64,000 nucleotides of DNA. It comes from a bacterium (GTDB lineage: Bacteria > DRYD01). The stretch lies in contig JBCNVB010000018.1 of assembly GCA_039630415.1 (NCBI GenBank), positions 96,001 through 160,000 on the forward strand, written 5' to 3'. Below the pieces are notes generated by a model. That model was given only the letters and a program-made list of their open reading frames with translations. It did not search any database and was not told the origin of the DNA. Shown one piece after another: positions 19,967 to 29,674 of this stretch. Each line of letters opens with the position of its first letter. Position 1 is the stretch's first letter. Position numbers and translations under genes: made by a program.

Positions 19967-21943
19967 CTATATCTTTACCTTTAGACTTAGTTGATTAAAG
20001 TAATCTATGATTAAGTTTGAAATCTTAGTAGGAGTTAATCCATAGTATTCAAACAAAACACTAGAAGCTCCATGTTCAATAAATTCATCCTTCCATCCAA
20101 TTCTCAAAACTTTTACAAATAAATTGTTATCATTTAAATACTCTAGAACACTGCTAGAAAATCCCCCTGCAATAACATTGTCCTCCAATGTAACAATTAA
20201 ATTAAAATTATTCGCTTTACTGAGAACTTCCTCATCAAGAGGTTTTATTGAAAGACAATTATACACTTCCATATATATGTCTTCTTTCTGAAGTGTTTGA
20301 CATATTCCCTTTGCTAATTTTTTCATCCTACCAGTTGACAAGATCATTACCTTTTTTAAGCCGTTATTCTGAGATCTATATATTTGCTGCCATTTATAAA
20401 GGTCTATTTGACTGAATTCTTGAGTTTCAAGTCCCTCTACAAAGTCACGTGGATATCTTATGAAAGTAGGTTTTTTAAGTTTTTTCAGAGTTGTATAAAG
20501 TACATTTCTCAACTCTGTTTCATCGGAAGGAGCAAATATTTCTACATTAGGTATCATTCTTACATAAGATAAATCAAATACACCATGGTGAGTAGGCCCA
20601 TCTTCTCCAACTATTCCAGCTCTATCTAGAACAAACAGTATTGGTATTTTTTGAAGTGCTACATCATGAATTAACATATCAAAAGCTCTTTGCAAGAAAG
20701 TAGAGTATATAGCTACTACAGGTTTGTATCCACTTAAAGCCAATCCACAAGCAAAAATTACAGCGTGCTCTTCTGCTATTCCAACATCAAAAAACCTATC
20801 TGGGAAAGTTTTAGAAAAGTTTACTAACCCTGTTCCCGAAGGCATAGCAGCAGTTATTGCTATTATCTTCTCATCCATTCTAGCTAATTCCACAATCGAT
20901 TCTCCAAAAACTTCAGTATATGTCTTAGTTGGACTTTTAGTAAAGTTATCCACCTTTATTCCCTCATCAGTGCTAAAGTATATGAAATTGGAAGGTTTTA
21001 TTTTACCTTTAGCCACTCCATGCATTTTTTCAGAATGACTTTCCGCTTCCTTATTCCCCTTGCCCTTCTGGGTTATAACGTGAACTAAAACAGGCTTTTG
21101 AAGAGATTTAACAAAACTAAATACTTCATCCATTAATCTTATATTATGTCCGTCTATAGGACCTATATATTGGATCCCGAATTCCTCAAAAATAACCCCC
21201 ACAATCGAATGTGACATTAGCTTATTTAAACCCTCTTCTACCCAACTCTTAGTATCTCTTATCATTTCTTTTATCATACTATTGACAGGTATTTTATCCA
21301 GTATGTTATCTATTTTTTCCTCTACTTTGAGTATAAAAGGATTATTTCTTAATTTTTTGAGATACATTGATATTGCTCCAACATTTCTAGATATTGAGTA
21401 TTCATTATCATTAAGAACGATGATCATTTTAGTTGGGTATTGCCCCAGATTGTTTATAGCCTCGAAAGTTACACCACAGGTTAATGCAGCATCACCTATT
21501 ATAGCAACCACGTTGTAGTCCTGTTTAGATATATCTCTTCCTATAGCGTATCCTAGAGCTGCTGATACACCTGTTCCCGCATGACCAGCACCATAATGAT
21601 CAAAACTACTTTCCTTTATCTTCGAAAATCCAGATATTCCTCCAAAAGTTCTTAAAGTTGTGAACCTTTCCTTTCTATCAGTCAATATTTTGTATATATA
21701 AGATTGATGAGAAGTATCAAAAATGATTTTATCTTTTTCAGGGTCGAAATTTCTGAGTAAAGAAATCGTTAGCTCAACCATCCCCATATTACTACCGAAA
21801 TGTCCTCCATTGTGATATATGACCTCGGTTATGTAATCCCTAATCTCTTGACATAAAATCTCTAACTGTTGGTAGTTAAAATCTTTAATATTTTGATAGT
21901 TTACGAACTTAAGGTATTTCGATTTATCAAAGCTTACAGTCAT
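19967..21943 (-). CDS. dxs: 1-deoxy-D-xylulose-5-phosphate synthase
   Basis: GGHFGSNMG.VELT, GDAA, LNDN, GPIDGH, DVGIAEEHA, YSTFLQR and DGPTHHG motifs. Confidence 0.97.
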   Translation of the reverse strand: MTVSFDKSKYLKFVNYQNIKDFNYQQLEILCQEIRDYITEVIYHNGGHFGSNMGMVELTISLLRNFDPEKDKIIFDTSHQSYIYKILTDRKERFTTLRTFGGISGFSKIKESSFDHYGAGHAGTGVSAALGYAIGRDISKQDYNVVAIIGDAALTCGVTFEAINNLGQYPTKMIIVLNDNEYSISRNVGAISMYLKKLRNNPFILKVEEKIDNILDKIPVNSMIKEMIRDTKSWVEEGLNKLMSHSIVGVIFEEFGIQYIGPIDGHNIRLMDEVFSFVKSLQKPVLVHVITQKGKGNKEAESHSEKMHGVAKGKIKPSNFIYFSTDEGIKVDNFTKSPTKTYTEVFGESIVELARMDEKIIAITAAMPSGTGLVNFSKTFPDRFFDVGIAEEHAVIFACGLALSGYKPVVAIYSTFLQRAFDMLIHDVALQKIPILFVLDRAGIVGEDGPTHHGVFDLSYVRMIPNVEIFAPSDETELRNVLYTTLKKLKKPTFIRYPRDFVEGLETQEFSQIDLYKWQQIYRSQNNGLKKVMILSTGRMKKLAKGICQTLQKEDIYMEVYNCLSIKPLDEEVLSKANNFNLIVTLEDNVIAGGFSSSVLEYLNDNNLFVKVLRIGWKDEFIEHGASSVLFEYYGLTPTKISNLIIDYFNQLSLKVKI

Positions 21944-21983
21944 TACTTTTCACCCACTCTTAGATTTATTTACTTGTTTAATT

Positions 21984-22009
21984 ATTTTACATTTATAAAT
22001 TTATTTCCT
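21984..22009 (-). promoter_or_regulatory. Candidate promoter for dxs (AAGG-N17-TAAAAT)
   Basis: Minus strand reads GGAAGG AAATAAATTTATAAATG TAAAAT. Confidence 0.6.
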
Positions 22010-22019
22010 TCCTTTATGT

Positions 22020-22703
22020 TTAATATTCAGAGATTATTTTTTTTATGAGTTTAAGAGCTGCTTGTTTCTCAGCCTCCTTTTTTGTCTTTCCATAACCTGA
22101 ACTAATTTCAAAACCTTCGAAAAATATAACTACAAAAAAACCTTCTTCGTTTTTATCAATAACCCTGTACTCTGGCATAGGCAAATTTTTCTTTTGAAGG
22201 AAACTCTGTAAAAATCCCTTCCAATCAAACATATTTTCAACTATCTGATCCATATATTTATTGAACACTTTTAAAATAACGTGATAAAAAAAATTCTTAA
22301 CATTATCAATAGATCCACTATCAACATAAATTGCACCAATTAATGCTTCAACTACATCAGCATAGGTTTTAATACTTGCAGTATTTCTTCCCAAGCTTTC
22401 ATAGTTAAAAATCAGATATTCTTGTAATCCCAACTCAAAACAAACCAGATACAAAGTATAATAGTTTATCATCAAAGTCTTGTATAAAGACAAAGTATCC
22501 TCTGAAAAACTAGGATATTTATAAAAAGCATATTCGCTAACGATATAGCTCAAAAGAGAATCCCCAAGAAATTCCAGTCTTTGATTATTTTGTTCTACAC
22601 TATTGTAAACCGATTGGTGTTTGAAAACTTGTTCAAGTAGCGACTTATTTTGAAAAACATATCCTATTCTATTCTCTATTACACTAATCTCTAGTTCTTG
22701 CAT
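22020..22703 (-). CDS. rnc: Ribonuclease III
   Basis: NQRLEFLGDS signature, ADVVEALIGAIY.D and C-terminal dsRBD G.TKKEAEK.AA. Confidence 0.95.
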   Translation of the reverse strand: MQELEISVIENRIGYVFQNKSLLEQVFKHQSVYNSVEQNNQRLEFLGDSLLSYIVSEYAFYKYPSFSEDTLSLYKTLMINYYTLYLVCFELGLQEYLIFNYESLGRNTASIKTYADVVEALIGAIYVDSGSIDNVKNFFYHVILKVFNKYMDQIVENMFDWKGFLQSFLQKKNLPMPEYRVIDKNEEGFFVVIFFEGFEISSGYGKTKKEAEKQAALKLIKKIISEY

Positions 22704-22709
22704 ATTTTT

Positions 22710-23541
22710 CTACAATCTTTCTAGTTCTTGCTCAATATTTTGAAGTACTCTTGCAGAATTTTTTAGTTGTTGTATAAAAAACTCCTTATTTTTATGAATA
22801 GATAAAAAAGCAAAAGCACCTAAAACTTGAACTAACCTCTGGACTTTATAGTATCTATAAAATCTCGACAATCTGTTAACTTCAGGATAACTTTTAAAAT
22901 AAAAGTCCATAATCTTATACTTAACACATTCTGGTAAATCAACATAAGGATCCTCAACTAACGAACTTAAATCATACATAAAATTACCTACCATTATACC
23001 CTGAAAATCAATAAAGTAAGGTTTCTTCCTATAAAAAATTATGTTAGTAGATTGTAAATCACGATGTATCAAATTCTTGTGAACTCTGTACAAATTATAA
23101 CAGTTATTTACAACAATTTGATAAAATCTGATCCACCTACTTATGTTCTTCTTACCCAAATAGTTTAGTAAGTAGTTTTCAATAAAATATTTCCACTCCC
23201 AATTTAAGACATCTAACCCCAAATGCCTAAAATCATGCGGATAATACTTATTAATTTTGTGAAGCTTTATAATTTGCAAAACAACAGAAAAATATTTACC
23301 AACGAGCCAATTGTATGATCTTTTATTATTTTTGATTGTTTGATATAAATTTTTACCCAGATTTTTAATAATAGCAAAATTTGGAAAAACCTTATATATT
23401 TTTGGTACATTTATTCCACTCTGATTTAAGAATCTGCAAGTTTCGATATACTTTTGAAGACTATTTGTATGATCTACAAGTATTATTTTTTTTTTGAAGA
23501 GCTATAAAGTATCTATCACTACCGCTATTGATTATTCTCAT
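22710..23541 (-). pseudogene. APH/AmgK-like phosphotransferase interrupted by one extra base in an A10 tract
   Basis: ATG 23541 gives MRIINSGSDRYF. Removing one base of the T10 run at 23486-23495 joins it to FL...GINVPKIY...LG and the HRDLQSTNI, IDFQG and YDLSSL motifs, giving 276 aa. Confidence 0.8.
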
Positions 23542-23545
23542 GTTT

Positions 23546-24814
23546 TTATCTGATAATTTTGGAAGGCAAAATAAATACCGGTAAGTAGAGTGCTAATAAG
23601 ATAAAGAATACAAATCCTCCTACAATCACTATAAGAGTAGGTTCAATCAATCTCATTGCTCTTTCTATTGTTACTTCCATTTGGGTCGAGTAGTACCTAT
23701 CTGCTTCACTTAGCATTTTGTATATAGTTCCACTTCTTTCACCTGTTATTAGCATCTGTTCAACGATAGGTTCAAAAAATTTTGTATTAATTAAACTATC
23801 ACTAAGCTTTTTACCTTGTTCAATGCTAGATATTACTTCTTTTATTTTCTGACTAAAAAGCGAACTAGTAGTTGCTGCAGAAGACATCTCTAAAGAAGAT
23901 ATTATTGATATACCATTAGTTAAAGTTGTATGTAATGCTTTGAAAAAAATAGAACAGTAATAATACTTGATAATATTCGAAATCACAGGAATTTTAAGTA
24001 GAATATACTCGAGATTTTTTCTCAAATCTACGTTTTTCCACATGTAAAACAAAATACCAAAAATACTAAATTTCAACATATACAACATAAAACCCATATT
24101 GATAGTAAAACCTAAAATTTTGAGATTGGAAGTATATAAGTCTGATGCTTTTATTACCATAACTGTAATAAGGGGTAAATCTTTGTAAATTTTTTCAAGA
24201 CCTATCATTTGTACAAAAATTTGTTTAAATTTGGGTACAACAAAGAACATAGCAAGTGCCCAAACTAACAAAACAGCGAATATCACAAACAGAGGATAAA
24301 TCATAACGTTAATTAATCTATTCTTAATATTGATAAAGTAATTGTAATAATCTGCCAAACTTTGGAAAATTTTATCCAAATTACCAGAAACTTCACCAAC
24401 TTTAATCATATTAATAAAAAAACTACCAAAATAGCTTTCATACTTTGAAAAAGCTCTATAAAAACTAACACCACTCTGAATATCTAATGATATATTTTCA
24501 AATATTTTTCTCAAATATGGATTCTTTATTGTTCTTATAAATATGTTCAACATTGAATTGACAGGTAATCCTGCGTGAAACATTTGACTGAATTGAGTTG
24601 ATATAAATGCTAAACTAGATAAATCAGCTTTCTTATATTTGGCTAAAGATATTTCCTTAATGAAAAGCTCTCTATTTATAGAAACCAAAGCCTGAACATC
24701 TGGATTAGCTATAACTTTCTGCATAGCTTCTTCTGCATCCTTTGCCTCTACTACTACATGCCTGATTTGATTCAAACTATCCAAGTACTCAACCTTATAT
24801 TTCACCCTACTCAT
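23546..24814 (-). CDS. pilC: Type II secretion F / type IV pilus platform protein PilC
   Basis: Two T2SSF repeats (GEVSGNL...YP and GERSG...EP). Start probably ATG 24814. Confidence 0.9.
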   Translation of the reverse strand: MSRVKYKVEYLDSLNQIRHVVVEAKDAEEAMQKVIANPDVQALVSINRELFIKEISLAKYKKADLSSLAFISTQFSQMFHAGLPVNSMLNIFIRTIKNPYLRKIFENISLDIQSGVSFYRAFSKYESYFGSFFINMIKVGEVSGNLDKIFQSLADYYNYFINIKNRLINVMIYPLFVIFAVLLVWALAMFFVVPKFKQIFVQMIGLEKIYKDLPLITVMVIKASDLYTSNLKILGFTINMGFMLYMLKFSIFGILFYMWKNVDLRKNLEYILLKIPVISNIIKYYYCSIFFKALHTTLTNGISIISSLEMSSAATTSSLFSQKIKEVISSIEQGKKLSDSLINTKFFEPIVEQMLITGERSGTIYKMLSEADRYYSTQMEVTIERAMRLIEPTLIVIVGGFVFFILLALYLPVFILPSKIIR

Positions 24815-24824
24815 CAAATATCCA

Positions 24825-24850
24825 TTTATATACACCGAAACTAAAATCCT
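24825..24850 (-). promoter_or_regulatory. Candidate promoter for pilC (AAGG-N17-TATAAA)
   Basis: Minus strand reads TGAAGG ATTTTAGTTTCGGTGTA TATAAA. Confidence 0.5.
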
Positions 24851-24880
24851 TCAAACAAAGCCACCAAAAATAAAAAATAA

Positions 24881-24906
24881 AGGGAATAATAAACTCTAGC
24901 TTGAAT
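24881..24906 (+). promoter_or_regulatory. Candidate promoter for the mtaB operon (AAGG-N17-TTGAAT)
   Basis: AAAGG GAATAATAAACTCTAGC TTGAAT, ending 9 nt before GTG 24916. Confidence 0.55.
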
Positions 24907-24915
24907 AGTAATTAT

Positions 24916-26208
24916 GTGAGATTTAGTACATATTACCTCGGATGTAGAGTAAATCAAGCAGAAATAGAATCATTTGAAGATAAATTAACCAAACTGGGAT
25001 TAGAACACTCAAAAGATGGAAAATCTGACATAATTATCTTTAACACTTGCTCAGTAACTCACAAAGCAGAAAAAGAATCCTACAGATTAATAAGAAAACT
25101 CTTTTCTCTTAATCCAGAGGCCAAATTCTTCATAACCGGATGTATAGTTCCCTTAAACAAAGCACTCATAGATCAAGTAAAACAAAAAATACTACCCCAA
25201 GAGTTATTAGACAAATCAGATAACCTTTATATTATACCCTCTACCCAAAAAGAAAGGATAATTCAAATTATTCAAGAGGAAATACTCCAAAGTGTTCAAG
25301 AAATAAATAGCTCAATTAAACCAAGAGTTAAGTACTATATCAAAGTTCAAGATGGTTGTAATCACTTCTGTACCTTCTGTATAATCCCATATACCCGAGG
25401 AAGAAGTAGAAGCAAACCACCTGAACAAGTAATACAAGAAATAAATTCTATAAGAGAAATACTAATAAAACATCCAGATCAGGGAGCAGAAATAACCCTA
25501 ACGGGTATATGTCTAGGAGAATATGGACTAGATATAAACACTTCTCTAGCCAAACTTCTTAAAAAAATATTACCTTATGTACCTGATAATGCCAAAATAA
25601 GACTTAGTTCCATGGATTTAATTACACTCGATCAAGAAATAATAGAAGTTCTGTCCTCAAGTAACAAGATATGTAAATATCTTCATCTTTCACTTCAAAG
25701 CGGTAGCAATCGTATCCTTAAACTAATGAGAAGAAACTATACAATAGAACAATACTTAGAAATTATAGATAAGCTATACAAATCCATTCCAGATCTAGGA
25801 ATAACAACCGACATAATAGTAGGTTTCCCAACCGAAACAGAACAAGATTTCCAAGAAACATTACAAGCAGTCAAAAAAGCAAATTTCCATAGAATTCATA
25901 TATTCCCATTCTCTTTTAGACCATACACTTATGCCTATCAAAAAATGAGACATATAAAAATTGATTATCAGCAAGTTAAAGAATATGAAAAAATTCTACA
26001 CCAAATAAGTCTACAACAAAGTAAAGCATTCATAAACCATAGAATAAATAACGAATACGAAGTTCTACTAGAAGGCAATGGTTATGGATACACCCATAAC
26101 TTCATAAGAGTTAAAACACCTTACAAGAATGTACAATCTTTTAAAAAAGTAAGAATAACAGGTATAGAGGAGGAAAAAGGCAATTTCGCAGTTGCCTTAG
26201 CAGTATGA
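24916..26208 (+). CDS. mtaB: tRNA t6A37 methylthiotransferase MtaB (radical SAM)
   Basis: LGCRVNQAE, NTCSVT..A and KVQDGCNHFCTFCIIP..RG..RS motifs. Start is uncertain (24901 TTG or 24916 GTG). Confidence 0.9.
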   Translation: MRFSTYYLGCRVNQAEIESFEDKLTKLGLEHSKDGKSDIIIFNTCSVTHKAEKESYRLIRKLFSLNPEAKFFITGCIVPLNKALIDQVKQKILPQELLDKSDNLYIIPSTQKERIIQIIQEEILQSVQEINSSIKPRVKYYIKVQDGCNHFCTFCIIPYTRGRSRSKPPEQVIQEINSIREILIKHPDQGAEITLTGICLGEYGLDINTSLAKLLKKILPYVPDNAKIRLSSMDLITLDQEIIEVLSSSNKICKYLHLSLQSGSNRILKLMRRNYTIEQYLEIIDKLYKSIPDLGITTDIIVGFPTETEQDFQETLQAVKKANFHRIHIFPFSFRPYTYAYQKMRHIKIDYQQVKEYEKILHQISLQQSKAFINHRINNEYEVLLEGNGYGYTHNFIRVKTPYKNVQSFKKVRITGIEEEKGNFAVALAV

Positions 26209-27200
26209 CCATCCTAATCACTGGAGGAGCAGGATACATAGGAAGCTGCACAACACTCAAAATACTTCAAACCCTCGACACAAAATGTATCGTAGTAGAC
26301 AAACAAGAAACTTCTAACCTTCAAAAACTTTTAATCTCATTCCCAAACAAAATAGTATTTTATAAATTAAACATGTGTGATTTAACAAGCTTAGAGGAAG
26401 TGTTTAAAAACTACAAAATAAAATCAATTATCCACTTCGCAGCTTACACAATAGTTTCAGAATCAGAAAAACAAGTTTACGAATATCTTTCAAATAACAT
26501 AAATTCAACCCTCAACCTAGTAGAACTAATGGTTAAGTACAACGTAGAAAACCTTATATTTTCATCAAGTGCCAGTGTTTATGGTAATGCAAAATATGTA
26601 CCAATAGATGAAGAACATCCCACAGAACCTCAATCAACATACGCCTTATCCAAAAAAATATGTGAACAAATAATACAAAAATACTCATCTAAAGGAATAA
26701 AGTTCATAACTCTAAGGTACTTCAATCCAGCAGGATGTATAGAAAACTTAGGAGAAGAACATGACCCAGAAACACACCTCATACCTATACTTATCAAGTC
26801 AATCCTAGAAGGCAAAACATTCAAAATATTCGGTAATAACTTTCCAACTAAAGATGGAACTTGTATTAGAGACTTTATCCATATAGAAGACTTGGTAAAT
26901 GCACATATCATATCATTGGAAAAATTAATCAACAACGAAAAAATAAACGAAATCTACAATGTAGGAATAAACAAAGGATATTCCGTTATGGATGTACTCA
27001 ATAAATCACTTGAAATATTGAAAAAAGATACAAATAAGAATTTCAATTTTATATTTTCTGAACCTAGAGAAGGAGACGTACCAATCCTAGTAGCCAATTC
27101 AAACAAAATACAAAAACATTTAGGCTTTAAACCTAGATACGACTTAGAAGATATCATCTATAGCGTATGGAAATACGAAAAACAAAAAATATCGATATAA
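26205..27200 (+). CDS. galE: UDP-glucose 4-epimerase
   Basis: GGAGYIGS, HFAA, FSSSA.VYG, YALSK, LRYFN and DGTCIRDFIH motifs. Confidence 0.95.
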   Translation: MTILITGGAGYIGSCTTLKILQTLDTKCIVVDKQETSNLQKLLISFPNKIVFYKLNMCDLTSLEEVFKNYKIKSIIHFAAYTIVSESEKQVYEYLSNNINSTLNLVELMVKYNVENLIFSSSASVYGNAKYVPIDEEHPTEPQSTYALSKKICEQIIQKYSSKGIKFITLRYFNPAGCIENLGEEHDPETHLIPILIKSILEGKTFKIFGNNFPTKDGTCIRDFIHIEDLVNAHIISLEKLINNEKINEIYNVGINKGYSVMDVLNKSLEILKKDTNKNFNFIFSEPREGDVPILVANSNKIQKHLGFKPRYDLEDIIYSVWKYEKQKISI

Positions 27201-27601
27201 GTATAGGAACAGACATAATAAATAATCAAAGAATAAAAAAACATATAAACGATCCTAAATTTATTCAGCGAATTCTAGGTGATAAAGAAATACAAATATT
27301 TTCCAAATTTACAAATGAACGAAGAAAAATCGAGTTCTTAGCAGCAAGATTCTCAGCAAAAGAGTCCATCACAAAAGCACTCAAATTTAAACCAGTATTC
27401 AATAAAATTAATATACTCACAGATTCATCAATACTAATACAACCTGAATACCTCTCCCAAATTAAAAAAAATCTAAACTTTAAAAATCTACAAATCAAAG
27501 TAAGCATAAGCCATGAAAAAGAATACACTATATCCAACTGCATAATACTATACACTAAAAATAAACATCCAAAAAATGAAAAGTGCTCTAAAACTACATA
27601 G
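27167..27601 (+). CDS. acpS: Holo-ACP synthase
   Basis: IGTDI, LAARFSAKES..KAL and VSISHEKEY motifs. Confidence 0.92.
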   Translation: MEIRKTKNIDISIGTDIINNQRIKKHINDPKFIQRILGDKEIQIFSKFTNERRKIEFLAARFSAKESITKALKFKPVFNKINILTDSSILIQPEYLSQIKKNLNFKNLQIKVSISHEKEYTISNCIILYTKNKHPKNEKCSKTT

Positions 27602-28901
27602 CATAGTTCAAAATATAGAAAATCAAATTGAGCAAAGAAAAGTAAAAATTGCCATAATAGGACTTGGTTATGTAGGACTACCACTACTTATTAATTTCTC
27701 CCGAAAAAACTTTCACGTCATAGGATTCGATATAGATAAATCCAAAATTAAAAAACTAAAAAATAAACAAAGCTACATAAAACATATACCTTCCGAACTT
27801 TTACAAACCTTGAATTACGAAGTTACATACAATTTTTCCAAACTCAAAGAAGTAGATTTTATAATAATAGCTGTTCCCACTCCACTAGATAAGAATAGAA
27901 ATCCAGATATGTCTTTTGTTTTCAATACATCCAAAACTATAGCTCGATACTTAAAAAAGTATCAAACAGTAATTCTCGAATCAACAACATATCCAGGTAC
28001 TACAGAAGAAGATCTAAAAAACATTTTAGAGCAAAGTAATCTAAAAGCGGGAAAAGATTTCTTTTTAGGCTTCTCTCCAGAAAGAGAAGATCCAGGAAAT
28101 AAGGAGTTTTCCTTTGAAAATATCCCCAAAGTAGTAAGCGGATATAGTCCTTATTGCAGAAAATTAATAAAGAAATTGTATGAACAGGTTGTAAATAAAG
28201 TAGTAGTAGCTTCTTCTCCTAAAGTAGCCGAAGCAGCAAAACTACTTGAAAACATATACAGATCCGTAAACATCGCATTAGTTAACGAGATGAAAATTGT
28301 TTTAGATAAAATGGGTATAGACATATGGGAAGTTATAGAAATAGCCAAAACTAAACCATTTGGTTTTCATCCGTTTTATCCAGGTCCCGGATTAGGAGGT
28401 CACTGTATCCCTATAGACCCCTTCTACCTGACTTGGAAAGCTAAAGAATACGACGTTAACACTAAGTTCATAGAGCTAGCAGGAGAAATAAACACCTATA
28501 TGCCCTACTTCGTCATAAATAAAGCTATCGAAGCATTGAACAAAAATAATAAGAGCATTTTTAAAAGTAAAGTACTCATTCTTGGAGTAGCTTACAAAAA
28601 AGATGTTGATGATGCAAGGGAATCACCTGCCCTTAAAGTAATTGATATTTTAATTAACAAATATCAATCAAAAGTAGATTACCACGATCCTTACATACCT
28701 GAACTAAAAGAGTTCAGGAAGTATAAATTTAATCATAAATCAATTAAGTTAACCGCAGATAATCTAAAAAAGTATGACCTGGTAATATTAATTACTGATC
28801 ATTCAGTATACGACCCAGATTTTATTGCTCAAAACTCTAAGTTAGTTATAGATACTAGAAATTTCATTAAAAAACCCCATACCAATGTTATAAAAGCTTA
28901 A
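27576..28901 (+). CDS. UDP-N-acetylhexosamine 6-dehydrogenase (WbpA/WecC family)
   Basis: GLGYVGLP, VPTPL, ESTTYPGTT, SPEREDPGN and GGHCIPIDP motifs. Confidence 0.93.
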   Translation: MKSALKLHSIVQNIENQIEQRKVKIAIIGLGYVGLPLLINFSRKNFHVIGFDIDKSKIKKLKNKQSYIKHIPSELLQTLNYEVTYNFSKLKEVDFIIIAVPTPLDKNRNPDMSFVFNTSKTIARYLKKYQTVILESTTYPGTTEEDLKNILEQSNLKAGKDFFLGFSPEREDPGNKEFSFENIPKVVSGYSPYCRKLIKKLYEQVVNKVVVASSPKVAEAAKLLENIYRSVNIALVNEMKIVLDKMGIDIWEVIEIAKTKPFGFHPFYPGPGLGGHCIPIDPFYLTWKAKEYDVNTKFIELAGEINTYMPYFVINKAIEALNKNNKSIFKSKVLILGVAYKKDVDDARESPALKVIDILINKYQSKVDYHDPYIPELKEFRKYKFNHKSIKLTADNLKKYDLVILITDHSVYDPDFIAQNSKLVIDTRNFIKKPHTNVIKA

Positions 28902-29674
28902 TTGTAAACCGCTTCGTATAAAACCAGTGGATATCCAGGAGCAATATATTTTCCCTTTCGAGGATCAGGATTTTCTATACTATCTTTCACATATTCTAAA
29001 TCAACTTTTCCTTCTATAAAAGCTATCAACATACCTACTATTTTTCTTATCATATTCCTTAAAAAATACTCACTTTTAAACTCTAATGTTATCACTACAA
29101 ACTCAGGAAATTTATGAGTATAGTAATTGCTCTGTAAGTTTAATACGGTATTCTTGTTTATGCCTTTTTCTGGTTTGTAGTAACTAGCATAATTTGCCTT
29201 TTGATTAAACAGTACAATAAAGCTATTAAGTTTTGAAATTAATAATTGATAATCATAGCCTTGTATTGCTAAAAAATTTTTTAGTCCATACTTTTCTTCG
29301 ACAAATTTTGGATCATCGTATAGAACTATTTTGTAGATATAACTCTTGTATTTTACGTTATATCTACTATTAAATGATAAATCCACTTTCCTTAGGTCAA
29401 GACAGTATATTTCAAAAGGTAGATTGGTATTTAAAATTTTCAGGAACTCCTGTGTGTTTTGAATTGTTTTATCTGTCTGGAAGTTGAAGTATTGAAAAAG
29501 TGCACTTACTCCTTTATCTGTTCTACCTGTATAACTACATCTGTGTACTTGTAATTTTAGTTCTGAAAGAGTATCTACTATCTTTTGTTGAATAGTATTA
29601 TATAAGTACTTTTGTTTCTGCCAACCAAAATATTCAAAACCCACGTAGGATAAGATTAGAAGATAGTTATTCAA
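28898..29674 (-). CDS. truA: tRNA pseudouridine(38-40) synthase
   Basis: Y.G..Y.GWQ.Q, GRTDKGVSA and FLRNMIR.IVG motifs. Confidence 0.93.
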   Translation of the reverse strand: MNNYLLILSYVGFEYFGWQKQKYLYNTIQQKIVDTLSELKLQVHRCSYTGRTDKGVSALFQYFNFQTDKTIQNTQEFLKILNTNLPFEIYCLDLRKVDLSFNSRYNVKYKSYIYKIVLYDDPKFVEEKYGLKNFLAIQGYDYQLLISKLNSFIVLFNQKANYASYYKPEKGINKNTVLNLQSNYYTHKFPEFVVITLEFKSEYFLRNMIRKIVGMLIAFIEGKVDLEYVKDSIENPDPRKGKYIAPGYPLVLYEAVYN

